Source: Candidatus Kerfeldbacteria bacterium (GTDB taxonomy: Bacteria > Patescibacteriota > Patescibacteriia > SBBC01). From it: a stretch of DNA of 64,000 nucleotides. Made by a program: the position numbers and the translations under genes. Location: the NCBI GenBank assembly GCA_043799405.1, contig JAZDNT010000002.1, positions 107,320 to 171,319 on the forward strand, in the 5' to 3' direction. This document shows positions 46,623 through 55,677 of the stretch, one piece after another; the stretch's first letter is position 1; each line of letters opens with the position of its first letter. The notes below the pieces were generated by a model that saw nothing but the letters and a program-made list of their open reading frames with translations, was not told the DNA's origin and searched no databases.

Positions 46623-47114
46623 ATGAAAAACATGCAGCGTACAATCGGGCTGCCGACTGTGTTGTCCGCGTTGATTCTCGTGGTGGGCATCATCGGTTGC
46701 GCAGCAGCCGTGATCCATACGGTACGCGGCCGTACTTGGGAGATGCGGTCGGTCGGCTACAGCGCGACCCTGCAGGAGCGTTTGGATACGCATGCTCAAC
46801 GAAATGGCGGGCAGTATCCCTCGCACGAAGCACTGTTCGATTTTCTCGTGAAGGAAACGGGATTCTCGAACGGCATCTACAACCCGTTCATCGATGAGCA
46901 AAGCGAGCCCAGGGCGGGCACGCTTCCCGAGCCAGGCGCGATCTTCTACAGCGTCTCGATTGGCTACACCTCTGACACGCTGACCGTGATCGGCGCGCAG
47001 TGCGATACCGTTGCCCGGTTCATCGGCACGCGCGGCAAGTCTATGGAGCGCGTCTTCAAGAGGCGCACGCAGACGGTCGCTGGCGCGCACTACCGGACGT
47101 TTCCTCACGGATAG
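46623..47114 (+). CDS. N-terminally anchored pseudopilin-like protein
   Basis: AGGAGGTG SD. TM helix LPTVLSALILVVGIIGCAAAV, then ...HAQRNGGQYPSHEALFDFL. Confidence 0.5.
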   Translation: MKNMQRTIGLPTVLSALILVVGIIGCAAAVIHTVRGRTWEMRSVGYSATLQERLDTHAQRNGGQYPSHEALFDFLVKETGFSNGIYNPFIDEQSEPRAGTLPEPGAIFYSVSIGYTSDTLTVIGAQCDTVARFIGTRGKSMERVFKRRTQTVAGAHYRTFPHG

Positions 47115-47126
47115 GAGGGCGTTGTC

Positions 47127-47588
47127 ATGAGCAAGATAGCGTTGTGGGCTGTCGCATTGGTTGCGTTGGTTCTGGCACTCATCACTCTGCGCACGGCGAA
47201 CATTGCGAAGCAGCAGTCCGAGGTACTCCTGCGCGAACGGCAGATGGAACTCGCGATTGTCGCGAACTGCGACACGCTGGAGAAGGATCTCAAGGCCTAC
47301 GCGGACAAGCACGGCAAGTATCCGGAGCACTTGCTGGTTGAAATGGGTACATCCATCAGTTTCGGCGAACCGGTCTACGAATACGTGTTTCCGAGTTTGG
47401 TCAAGATTCCCGTGACTGAAGGGCTCACATCCGCGCTAACGCCGCACGAGATCAACTACTTGTGGAACGGCGACGGCAGCTGCGAAGTCATTGGGCACGG
47501 TTCGATAGGGCAGGAGCTCGTTCACGACCGCTTGCCGCCGCTGGAGGGTACGACGACCGGACCGAGTCCGCCCCAGGTACTCCAGTAG
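47127..47588 (+). CDS. N-terminally anchored pseudopilin-like protein
   Basis: AGGAGGG SD. TM helix IALWAVALVALVLALITL, then ...LEKDLKAYADKHGKYPEHLLVEM. Confidence 0.5.
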   Translation: MSKIALWAVALVALVLALITLRTANIAKQQSEVLLRERQMELAIVANCDTLEKDLKAYADKHGKYPEHLLVEMGTSISFGEPVYEYVFPSLVKIPVTEGLTSALTPHEINYLWNGDGSCEVIGHGSIGQELVHDRLPPLEGTTTGPSPPQVLQ

Positions 47589-47648
47589 GAATTCTGCACC
47601 TTTAACGCCGGAAACGGCCGCAGGAGACCGAGCGTATCGGTCCCAAAG

Positions 47649-47683
47649 AACCCCCACACCAGGTACAGAACGGTGTGGGGGTT
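47649..47683. terminator. bidirectional stem-loop between convergent genes
   Basis: AACCCCCACAC, 13 nt loop, GTGTGGGGGTT (11 bp perfect stem). Confidence 0.55.
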
Positions 47684-47705
47684 CAGGCTATATATCGATC
47701 GTATT

Positions 47706-48323
47706 CTACAGCACGAGCATTGCGCAGGCGACGATGCACGTCCACTGCCCGCTCTTATCGCCGAGCGCGGACTGGGTAATGTTGGTCGTCTGGACGATCT
47801 TACCGGACATCTTGTAGATCTTCTCGCGCTCATCCCAGTCAGTATCGACGTTGAACGAAATGCCGAGCGTTGATGCGAGCATCGATGCCGCAAGGTCCTC
47901 GGCGTATTCGCCTGCCTTATCTTCCGTCTGACCGTAGATATGGTGTTCTGAAAGGTAGCCGTACATGTTTTCCTTGTCCGTCGGTCGTGCGAGACCGATA
48001 GAAGCGGCCATGAGCCTGTTCGGTTCGTTCGTCTCGTTGCGCGCCATGACGCAGAAGACGACCTGTCCCGGCGACAGGTTTTTCAAGCCCTCTTCGCGGC
48101 TGATGCGCTTGCACTGCGGCGGAAAGATGCTCGAGACGTGCACAAGGTTGAACCGCTCTATGCCGGCGTCTCGAAGCGCAGCCTCGAATGCTGCGAGTTT
48201 CTCGCGATGCCGCCCGACGCCTTTCGTAAAGAACATCTTGCGCGGAACGAAAAAGCCGGGCTGCACATCGACCTGCTCGGCGGGAACGATGGGCTGAGGC
48301 ACAGAGTTGTTGTTTTGTGACAT
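47706..48323 (-). CDS. pdaD: pyruvoyl-dependent arginine decarboxylase
   Basis: [39 protein letters not shown] contains the self-cleavage VSS|I context typical of PvlArgDC. Confidence 0.85.
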   Translation of the reverse strand: MSQNNNSVPQPIVPAEQVDVQPGFFVPRKMFFTKGVGRHREKLAAFEAALRDAGIERFNLVHVSSIFPPQCKRISREEGLKNLSPGQVVFCVMARNETNEPNRLMAASIGLARPTDKENMYGYLSEHHIYGQTEDKAGEYAEDLAASMLASTLGISFNVDTDWDEREKIYKMSGKIVQTTNITQSALGDKSGQWTCIVACAMLVL

Positions 48324-48407
48324 GAGCGTGTGGATAATATATAGAACAGGAGTAGTATAGCAAACTGAGCGACAGCTACAATACTTTTTATTTAGGTACT
48401 TCGGTCT

Positions 48408-49004
48408 TCATGCCGCGAGGAGCTGTTCCTCGAGACGATGGTAGAGCCCGCGGTATTCCCATTTTCGTGCGATAGCCTGTAAAACCTGCCGGATTACATC
48501 CTGTATGATCATCTGGAGGTCACGCTTGTTATTGCGTTCGTACGCATCGAGAATGCGTTCAGCGGGCGGCAGAAGTACAAGAATCGTTTCTTGTGACAGC
48601 TGAGCAATTTTTCCACGTAAATGTTTCGGATCCGCGTCAGTCGTCACTTGGAGCGGCACCCGCTCATTCCCGCCTGAGAACTGTAGTACAAGGTCAATTT
48701 TATCCCTCTGGTCCTCTTCCGGAGTTCCATGGCGGGCAGTGATAAGGGGGTGATCCCTGAGCAGATCAACAATAATATCCTCGGCAATGTTGCCCGGCTG
48801 CTTTTCGTGTATGGTCTGCGGATGGAACCAGTCTTGAACGTGGCCAGGGTCAAAGAGTTTTTCAGCCATTCGGTCGAGTACCTCGGGATCAGCGGCTGCC
48901 GCCTGTTCCGGCGCTACCTTCTTTTCAGTAACGAGCGTATTGATCTTGTGCGCGAGACGAAGATCGTCATCGGACGCTTGCACTGGTTCTCCGCGTTCAT
49001 GCAT
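48408..49004 (-). CDS. hypothetical protein
   Basis: The ORF extends to 49109, but that part is tRNA-fragment/hairpin sequence. The first plausible start is MHERGEP at 49004. No family recognised. Confidence 0.45.
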   Translation of the reverse strand: MHERGEPVQASDDDLRLAHKINTLVTEKKVAPEQAAAADPEVLDRMAEKLFDPGHVQDWFHPQTIHEKQPGNIAEDIIVDLLRDHPLITARHGTPEEDQRDKIDLVLQFSGGNERVPLQVTTDADPKHLRGKIAQLSQETILVLLPPAERILDAYERNNKRDLQMIIQDVIRQVLQAIARKWEYRGLYHRLEEQLLAA

Positions 49005-49258
49005 ATATAAAATGATACCCGTTCTATTGCGGTACGACAAGATGTTAGGTAACGCATTGGTGGTGACCCGTGAAGCCTGCCTTCGCGCAGGCAGGGACTC
49101 GTCCCGCACCTTGTCATTTATTATTTATAGGAATGCGGGATCCCGCTTTGCGGGAAACCTCCAACCCACTGCTTAACCCCGCACCACTCGCGGAGTTTAT
49201 CCCGCCGAATGGCGGGGCTCGGGTACGGGGCGGAGGAGGCAGCTGTTCGTGATTCGCT

Positions 49259-49334
49259 TGGTGACCCGCGGAGGACTCGAACCTCCAACCCATTGCTTAA
49301 GAGGCAATTGCTCTACCAATTGAGCTAGCGGGCC
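49259..49334 (-). tRNA. tRNA-Lys (anticodon CUU), CCA encoded
   Basis: Manual cloverleaf: GGCCCGC/GCGGGTC acceptor stem, D-stem GCTC/GAGC, anticodon stem ATTGC/GCAAT, loop CTCTTAA, T-stem GGAGG/CCTCC. 76 nt. Confidence 0.9.
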
Positions 49335-49474
49335 AAGCGAATCACGAACTGGTGATGTAAAATTGCTCTACCGATTGCCTGCCCCGCCGAACCCCGGATC
49401 TAGCCCGGGGGAAGGCGGGGAGCTATCGGGCCACGATATGACGAATGCCAGTGTAGTCGATTCTTCCGAATTTA

Positions 49475-50113
49475 TCAAGCACGGGGCGTCCGACGTACGA
49501 TTCCAACGATGGATTGCCAAACGCCGTGCCTCCGTTCCGGCGTCTTGAGCATGTGCAATATTCCGGGGAGGATCGAGAGCAGGATAATGAGCGCAATGAT
49601 CGGTAGGAGGTAGCGGTCGACGTTCGTGACCTTTGTCCCGAGCCAGTACCCCGCAAGCGTCAACCCGGCAGCCCAGATAGCTCCGCCGATCACGTTAAAG
49701 GTAAGGAATTTTTTCCAGTCCATTTTCGCGATACCGGCAACGATGGGAGCGAACGTCCTGACGACCGGAACGAAACGCGCGAGTACGATGGTTTTCGTAC
49801 CGTGTTTTTCGTAGAATGCCTGTGCCTTATCCGCATTCTCTTTCTTGAAGAAGCGGGAGTTCGGTCTGTTGAACACGCGCGGGCCATAGAGGAATCCGAA
49901 GAAGTACCCGACCTGCGTGCCGACGACCGATGCGAGGAACAGGAGGATCGTCAGCGGAACGATGCTGAAGAAATGCTGTGATGCGAGGAAACCGGCGGTG
50001 AAGAGTAGCGAGTCCCCGGGGAGGAAGAAACCGATGAGCAGGCCGTTCTCAGCGAAGATAATTGCTATGACACCTGCGTACCCGATCGCACGGATGAGTG
50101 ATTCGAGGTTCAT
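49475..50113 (-). CDS. DedA-family (VTT domain) membrane protein
   Basis: FAENGLLIGFFLPGDSLLFTAG...GTKTIVLARFVPVVRTFAPIVAG are DedA signatures. Confidence 0.85.
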   Translation of the reverse strand: MNLESLIRAIGYAGVIAIIFAENGLLIGFFLPGDSLLFTAGFLASQHFFSIVPLTILLFLASVVGTQVGYFFGFLYGPRVFNRPNSRFFKKENADKAQAFYEKHGTKTIVLARFVPVVRTFAPIVAGIAKMDWKKFLTFNVIGGAIWAAGLTLAGYWLGTKVTNVDRYLLPIIALIILLSILPGILHMLKTPERRHGVWQSIVGIVRRTPRA

Positions 50114-50327
50114 AAAGTGCAGCCGGAAGGCTGTACAGCGGATTGTACCGTACTTTCGCTGGTTGGGCAATGATCCAGAACGAAGAACGGTCCTTTTGTG
50201 TAGACCGTTCCCCGTATTTTTGGTTTTTCACCCGTTACCGGATTCCAAAAAGAATGTATACCCAGTGTAGCACAGTATTCGAAGCACTTCCACACGTCGT
50301 TACCATCGTGGTACTATCAAACCGTAT

Positions 50328-51209
50328 ATGATAACTCGTAATTTTCTACCGACACGATATGCCGTAACGCTATTTACCCGCTGTGCCGGTGCTGCCGTCA
50401 TCTTTGCCGTCTTATTCGTTGCGTTTCCCTCGGAAGCAGCCGTACGCATTACGAAAAAGTACGATTCGTACGTAAAACGGACGATCACCGTAATGGGCAC
50501 AAAGTACGAGATCAACGTCGTCACGATCGATCTCGCGAACCCGAAGCTGAAAATACTGACGTACACCGGCACGAACAAGAATAGCTGCTATAACGTCTCA
50601 TGTAAGGTCAAGGAATTGAAGAGTTACCTCGATGAAGGTCAGGGATTCGCCGCGATCAACGGCGCCTACTTCTGCCCGAAGGACTATGCGTCGTGCAGAG
50701 GCATGGAAGGCGGGTACTACTGGATGATATACAACGCAAAGAACAAAACGCTCGTGAACGAGTACCAGAACCGGTTCAACACGGGGCCCCTCATTACGTT
50801 TAATGCAGCGAAGCAGTGGCACTTCTTCCGGATCGCGAAGACGTTCCCCGGTTTGGATGCACTGAAGCTCGTCGACGGTTCAGAGCTGACCGCCGCGATA
50901 TCAAACGGGCCGGCATTCATCGAAGGCGGAACGTATGTGTTAAATGATGAGCGGATCAATGCGCTTGACAACAAGTCGCGGTACACGAAAACCAACCGCG
51001 GCGGGTTCGGTATCAAGGATTCGAAAGTATACCTTATCATCGCGCGTAAGGCGACCGTTCCGGATCTTGGGTTGATCATGAAGGCGCTCGGCATGCAGTA
51101 TGCGATAAACCTTGACGGCGGCGGGTCATCCGCGCTCTGGTACCGCGGAAGCTACAAGGTCGGACCGGGACGGCAACTACCGAACGCGATCGTGTTCAGT
51201 GAAAGGTAA
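50328..51209 (+). CDS. phosphodiester glycosidase family protein (NAGPA-like)
   Basis: AINGAYF..., ...AINLDGGGSSALWY motifs. N-terminal signal anchor. Confidence 0.7.
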   Translation: MITRNFLPTRYAVTLFTRCAGAAVIFAVLFVAFPSEAAVRITKKYDSYVKRTITVMGTKYEINVVTIDLANPKLKILTYTGTNKNSCYNVSCKVKELKSYLDEGQGFAAINGAYFCPKDYASCRGMEGGYYWMIYNAKNKTLVNEYQNRFNTGPLITFNAAKQWHFFRIAKTFPGLDALKLVDGSELTAAISNGPAFIEGGTYVLNDERINALDNKSRYTKTNRGGFGIKDSKVYLIIARKATVPDLGLIMKALGMQYAINLDGGGSSALWYRGSYKVGPGRQLPNAIVFSER

Positions 51210-51211
51210 CT

Positions 51212-51550
51212 ATGGCGTTCCGTGAACAGCATCGTGAAAGTGAATTGGACCTGCAGCCGTGTCTCCTCGACCTCGTAAAGATCGACGGGCGTTGGGCGCA
51301 GGTGATTTCGGGACCCGAGACAAGTCAGGTGCTTTTCTTAGATAATGGTTCTGGCGATACTATCCGGTGGAGCGATTATACGCTTGCGCGACCGCTCCAT
51401 ACGCACGTACGGCTTATTCAGGAGCGCGGACGTGTGTTTACCGATGAGGAACTTTCGCGGATTCGCTGGGGTTCGGAACAAAAAGAGAAACCAGACCTCG
51501 TACAAGAGATCAGCGTGTTCGGGGAATTCACTCGTCGAGAAACGGAATAA
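51212..51550 (+). CDS. hypothetical protein whose 3' end lies in a 35 bp direct repeat
   Basis: 112 aa. The last 18 codons (KPDLVQEISVFGEFTRRETE) start inside repeat copy 1. Confidence 0.45.
   Translation: MAFREQHRESELDLQPCLLDLVKIDGRWAQVISGPETSQVLFLDNGSGDTIRWSDYTLARPLHTHVRLIQERGRVFTDEELSRIRWGSEQKEKPDLVQEISVFGEFTRRETE
51491..51525. repeat. 35 bp perfect direct repeat, copy 1
   Basis: CCAGACCTCGTACAAGAGATCAGCGTGTTCGGGGA is identical at 52357-52391. Confidence 0.9.
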
Positions 51551-51743
51551 AAAAAGTCTTTACCGGCGTTGCTGAGCGGAAAATCCACAAATCCAATTTC
51601 TCGAAGAGTGTGAATTTTACTTTCCAGATTTCGACCACCCACAAAACGATGATGCTGCACCAGAGATTCCAAACACCACCTAGCAGGGCGAATGTGCAGT
51701 ATCACGGCAGTTGCTATGTTATAGTATATGTATAACTATTACA

Positions 51744-52277
51744 ATGCACTTCTTACAGCAGCATCGGACGACGATCATTGTCTTCTCACTCGGCATACTT
51801 ATTGCTGTTGCGTTTATTGTCTTTCCCTTTCTGAAGACCGCTATTGGGGGGATTGGTGGGCTCGGTTATTTCGGCAGTTTCATTCTCGGGATTCTCTACT
51901 CAGGGACGCTGACGTCGGCAACTGCTACGGTAATACTGCTTGAGAAAGCGCCCTCCCTGCATCCATTTCTAATCGGCATCGTTGGTGGAATCGGCGCAAT
52001 GCTGTTTGATGCGATATTCTTCGTAATAGGGCGGAAGGAGTCAGAGCATGGGTGGCTTGCTCGTACTCTTGTTAAACTGCGTGAGCGTCGCCATGTTCCA
52101 AATTGGTTTTCGATGGTCGTTGGTGGCATTATACTAGCATCACCGTTACCAGATGAACTGGCAGCCGGATTGCTCGGGGTTACGCATACTAAGGTATTGC
52201 CGTTCTTAGCATTGTCGTTCTTCTGTAATGCTATTGGCATCTTCTTGGTTTCCTCCGTTGCAATAACGAGCGGGTAG
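51744..52277 (+). CDS. hypothetical multi-pass membrane protein (bracketed by the 35 bp repeats)
   Basis: Start MHFLQQHR. 5-6 hydrophobic helices. No family recognised. Confidence 0.5.
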   Translation: MHFLQQHRTTIIVFSLGILIAVAFIVFPFLKTAIGGIGGLGYFGSFILGILYSGTLTSATATVILLEKAPSLHPFLIGIVGGIGAMLFDAIFFVIGRKESEHGWLARTLVKLRERRHVPNWFSMVVGGIILASPLPDELAAGLLGVTHTKVLPFLALSFFCNAIGIFLVSSVAITSG

Positions 52278-52356
52278 TATACACGCCTCCTCCCAAACAT
52301 TACGTGTATATAGAGCACAGCGAGTTGCTAAAAATGGTGCACACACGCGGAATAGC

Positions 52357-52391
52357 CCAGACCTCGTACAAGAGATCAGCGTGTTCGGGGA
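52357..52391. repeat. 35 bp perfect direct repeat, copy 2
   Basis: Identical to 51491-51525. In the same frame it would continue ...SVFGEYKKRDNAGVSPE*. Confidence 0.9.
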
Positions 52392-52437
52392 GTATAAAAA
52401 ACGCGACAACGCGGGAGTATCGCCAGAATAGATTGCT

Positions 52438-53466
52438 TTATCGTACGATTAGTGCGAGTTTTCCGACGGTTTTCCCTGATTCGATGTCACGAAGTGCTTT
52501 CGCAACATCGGTGAAAGCGTATTCCGTAACCGGAAGCGGTTTGATGCTTCCATGGTGCAGCAATTCCATCAATGTTGCCATGCCTTCTGCGAGGAGGTCT
52601 TGGCGGTCGAACAGGAAGCTCAGATTGAATGCCATGACGCTCTTGTTTTCTTCTGCCATGCGGATCGGGTTGAAGCGGGGCGAGCGGAGATAATCGATCG
52701 CGAGCATAAACCAGTTTAATCTGCCGCTCTTTGGTAACATGGAGGCAAAACCATACGTGATCAGCTTCCCTGTTGGTGCGAGATGGCGGTAGCCTTCCTT
52801 CATGGTTTCCACTCCGGTGGAATCGAACACAAGGTCGTATCCCTTGGGCGCGTATTTTTTTGCCGTTTGCCAGAGCGGTTCTGTGCTCTTGTCGATGACC
52901 TCGCGGCAGCCCATGTTCTTTGCTGACGTAACTTTCTTCGAGGAGCCGACCACGCCGATGACCGTGCAGCCGTATGTGTTGAGAATCTGGGCAAGGGCGC
53001 TGCCGACGCCGCCTGCTGCGGAATGGACGAGCGCGGTCATGCCGGCTGTTGCCTGACCGAGCTTCATTGCTCCGTACCACGCTGTTAAGAACGCGGCTGG
53101 GAACGTTGCCGCCTGAACTGTCGAGAGCTCTTTTGGAATAGCAAAGAGCTGATGCGCAGGAACGCAGACCTGCGTTGCGTAGGCACCGAACCATGAAACA
53201 CCGAACACGTGCTGTCCTACAGTGAATCCTGATACTTCGCTGCCGATCTCGGATACGGTTCCGGCAAATTCAAATCCGGGCGTAATCGGATAGCCGTGTA
53301 GTTTCGCCGATTTATAGAGACCCATGCGGACGATGCATTCTCCATAGCTCATGCCCGCATATTCGACGTTCACGACGACCTGCCTTTTTGCTGGGTGAAG
53401 ATCCGGCGATTCCTGGATCGTGAGCCGGTCATACCCGCCGGGACGTGAGATGACGACGTGTTTCAT
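52438..53466 (-). CDS. zinc-type alcohol dehydrogenase / quinone oxidoreductase (MDR family)
   Basis: Start MKHVVISRPGG. GxGxxG-like HSAAGGVGSALAQI. MDR fold signatures. Confidence 0.8.
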   Translation of the reverse strand: MKHVVISRPGGYDRLTIQESPDLHPAKRQVVVNVEYAGMSYGECIVRMGLYKSAKLHGYPITPGFEFAGTVSEIGSEVSGFTVGQHVFGVSWFGAYATQVCVPAHQLFAIPKELSTVQAATFPAAFLTAWYGAMKLGQATAGMTALVHSAAGGVGSALAQILNTYGCTVIGVVGSSKKVTSAKNMGCREVIDKSTEPLWQTAKKYAPKGYDLVFDSTGVETMKEGYRHLAPTGKLITYGFASMLPKSGRLNWFMLAIDYLRSPRFNPIRMAEENKSVMAFNLSFLFDRQDLLAEGMATLMELLHHGSIKPLPVTEYAFTDVAKALRDIESGKTVGKLALIVR

Positions 53467-53574
53467 GTGTGATAGTGGCGCGCCCGGAGGCCGCAGCACT
53501 GCTCTCGGCCTTCTCGTAAGGTTTCGGCGGATTCGGGTGCAGGGCTCCGCCATTCAGGACGAAGTAACGAGTCG

Positions 53575-54225
53575 CTATTTCTTCAACTTGAAACTTCTGG
53601 CTACTTCGTAGAACTTGTCTTTATACCCGATCCACTTCTCGGTGGTGGTATTGAACGACACGACGTAGTATTTACCGTCACCGAAGTAGACAGCCGCTAA
53701 GACGGTATACGCAACGTCTTGCTGATTTAACTCCATAACCACGAACTTGGCCTGCAGCCCGTTGACGATTTCATTGCTGGCGGCAATGGTTTTAACCGAG
53801 GGAATCGACGAGGTGATGCCGTCGACCGTCGTCTGGTAGACCTGATCGAGCGTCTTGCCGTTTGTATTGTCGAACGATACCGCGATATAGGATTTGAAAT
53901 TTATTTTTGCGGCAGCGCTGTCGGTAGCGTGCGATTCTTTAATATTTTGGAATGAGGCCAACGTGCCGGGTATCTGACCCTGGACCCATCCCGCTGGCTG
54001 GATAATGGTAAAATCATCGCCGACGTACAAACCGTCAGCAGTAACGGTATTTGTGTTGACGTTCGCGTTCGTTGTTGCATTTGTCGTGTTAGTGGCATCA
54101 ACCGTTTTTGTGTCTATTGAATTTCGGGTGAACCAATAGATGCCGAACCCGATGATCATTACACTTATGGTAATAATGACTATCAGTATGACGGTGTTAG
54201 ATTTATTTCCTGCTGATTGGTTCAT
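53575..54225 (-). CDS. hypothetical N-terminally anchored secreted protein
   Basis: TM helix VILIVIITISVMIIGFGIYWF, an Asn/Thr-rich linker, and a ~150 aa beta-rich domain. Confidence 0.5.
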   Translation of the reverse strand: MNQSAGNKSNTVILIVIITISVMIIGFGIYWFTRNSIDTKTVDATNTTNATTNANVNTNTVTADGLYVGDDFTIIQPAGWVQGQIPGTLASFQNIKESHATDSAAAKINFKSYIAVSFDNTNGKTLDQVYQTTVDGITSSIPSVKTIAASNEIVNGLQAKFVVMELNQQDVAYTVLAAVYFGDGKYYVVSFNTTTEKWIGYKDKFYEVARSFKLKK

Positions 54226-54583
54226 ATATTTTTTCTTAATGATGTTGCGTGCCCGGATTCGTCTGCCCCAGGACTACGGCTCGGAGTTCGGTTGATAGGG
54301 TTGGGATATCAGATATTTCTGTGAAAATGCCCGATCGGAGCCTGATTTCAGGCACTATTCAAACTCTGCTGCGAGCGATCTATTAGTAAAGACATAGTAC
54401 CACAGGCACAAGCGGGCGATTTTCGCCCATTTACTGACTGGTGCACCGTGGTTGAGCGTCTGCGAACTTGGATCCTCAAACGGAAGTTGCAGATTCCCAC
54501 GTATTCGTTCGATGCGCTAGATACTGTGCCACGGAAGCGGCGGGCTGGCTAGAGGGGCGGACGCGACAGGTGCGTGGCAGGGT

Positions 54584-55618
54584 GTGGATATTGACACCAC
54601 CCGCCGGCTTGCTAGGGTGCTTCTGCCGCTCATTACAACCCATAAGCCACATCTTGAGACGAGCGCCTTGCCTGCTAGCATTCTGGCAACCAGGGCGCTC
54701 GTCTCACTTCACCCGGGAAGAGCCCGCGGAACCGACGGCTTCGGTCTGCTTTGGCCATCGGAGGTCGATCATGGTGCAGAACCCAGGTTTCAAGATCTTC
54801 ACGGTCACGGCGCCTTCATCGGCTCGCTCGTCGGCCTGCAGCTCGCCCCCATGTTCTGGTGGGTTGGGATGCTGGTCGGCGGAGTCGTGGGTTACTTCGC
54901 CTACAACGCTGGCGAGGTCCTGCGCGCTGTGCCGCGCGCGTGGCAGATGGCTCGCGCCGTCTGGTGGCAGATCCTGGGCGTGGATTACGCCGAAGCGTTC
55001 CGCCAGTTCGGCAGGACGTGTGTTCACGTCCTGCTCGCGCTAGGTTTGGGGGCGCTGATCATTCCGGCTGTCGTGCTGTGCGCCACCGCGGTCGGGATAG
55101 TGTGGGTGATGGAGGTCGTGGTGGCACTCACGCGCTTCCTGCCCGCCTCCCCATGGGTCTACGCTTTCGGGACCCCGCAGGATTTGATGGCGACGTTGTT
55201 CATTTCACTGATTGTCGGTGGCTTCATTGCCGCAGTCGCCTTGGTAGTGTGGTCGGACAGTCGAGACTGGGACGAGCTCAAGATCTTCCTGCGGCAGCGC
55301 AAGGGGTGGGTCGCGCTCCTGCTGCTGTACAAAGCCTCGCCTCTGGGGTGGCTCACCTGGTACCTGCCCAAACTCTTGTGGTTGGTACTGCCACTCCTCC
55401 CCGCCGCCGCTCAGGCCATCGTCGCGTTCTGGTGGACCCTGTTCAAGCTCATCCACTCGAATCAGCGCCTGCTGTGCGGCGTGGACGCAGCCATCGGGGC
55501 GGCTGTGGGCATCTTCGCCCACAACCCGCTCGTCGGGGCGCTGGTCGGTGGAGTGGTGGGAGTGCTGAACTTCGAGCTCATCTCGAAGCGCTGGCTGAAA
55601 CTCGTGCCCACCACCTGA
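54584..55618 (+). CDS. hypothetical multi-pass membrane protein (GC-rich patch)
   Basis: Many Gly/Ala/Val-rich TM helices (MFWWVGMLVGGVVGYFAY, VLLALGLGALIIPAVVLCATAV, GAAVGIFAHNPLVGALVGGVVGVL). The 5' end is unresolved (see findings). Confidence 0.5.
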   Translation: MDIDTTRRLARVLLPLITTHKPHLETSALPASILATRALVSLHPGRARGTDGFGLLWPSEVDHGAEPRFQDLHGHGAFIGSLVGLQLAPMFWWVGMLVGGVVGYFAYNAGEVLRAVPRAWQMARAVWWQILGVDYAEAFRQFGRTCVHVLLALGLGALIIPAVVLCATAVGIVWVMEVVVALTRFLPASPWVYAFGTPQDLMATLFISLIVGGFIAAVALVVWSDSRDWDELKIFLRQRKGWVALLLLYKASPLGWLTWYLPKLLWLVLPLLPAAAQAIVAFWWTLFKLIHSNQRLLCGVDAAIGAAVGIFAHNPLVGALVGGVVGVLNFELISKRWLKLVPTT

Positions 55619-55677
55619 TCGTCGCACTCCCTGTTCTTCTCGGTTACGCGTGCAGGTTTCCCCGAGGAGGAAGCACT

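Noticed and set aside
49070-49548. Short ORFs (49070..49252, 49363..49548, 48914..49117) across the tRNA-Lys locus.
   Set aside because: They are composed of tRNA fragments and GC hairpins and have no coding signal.
54751-55677. 373 aa ORF 54751..55872 as a single gene.
   Set aside because: Its first ~300 codons are an Arg/Gly-rich shadow of the membrane-protein frame. Only the last 64 codons, with their own GAGGAGG SD and ATG at 55678, look real.
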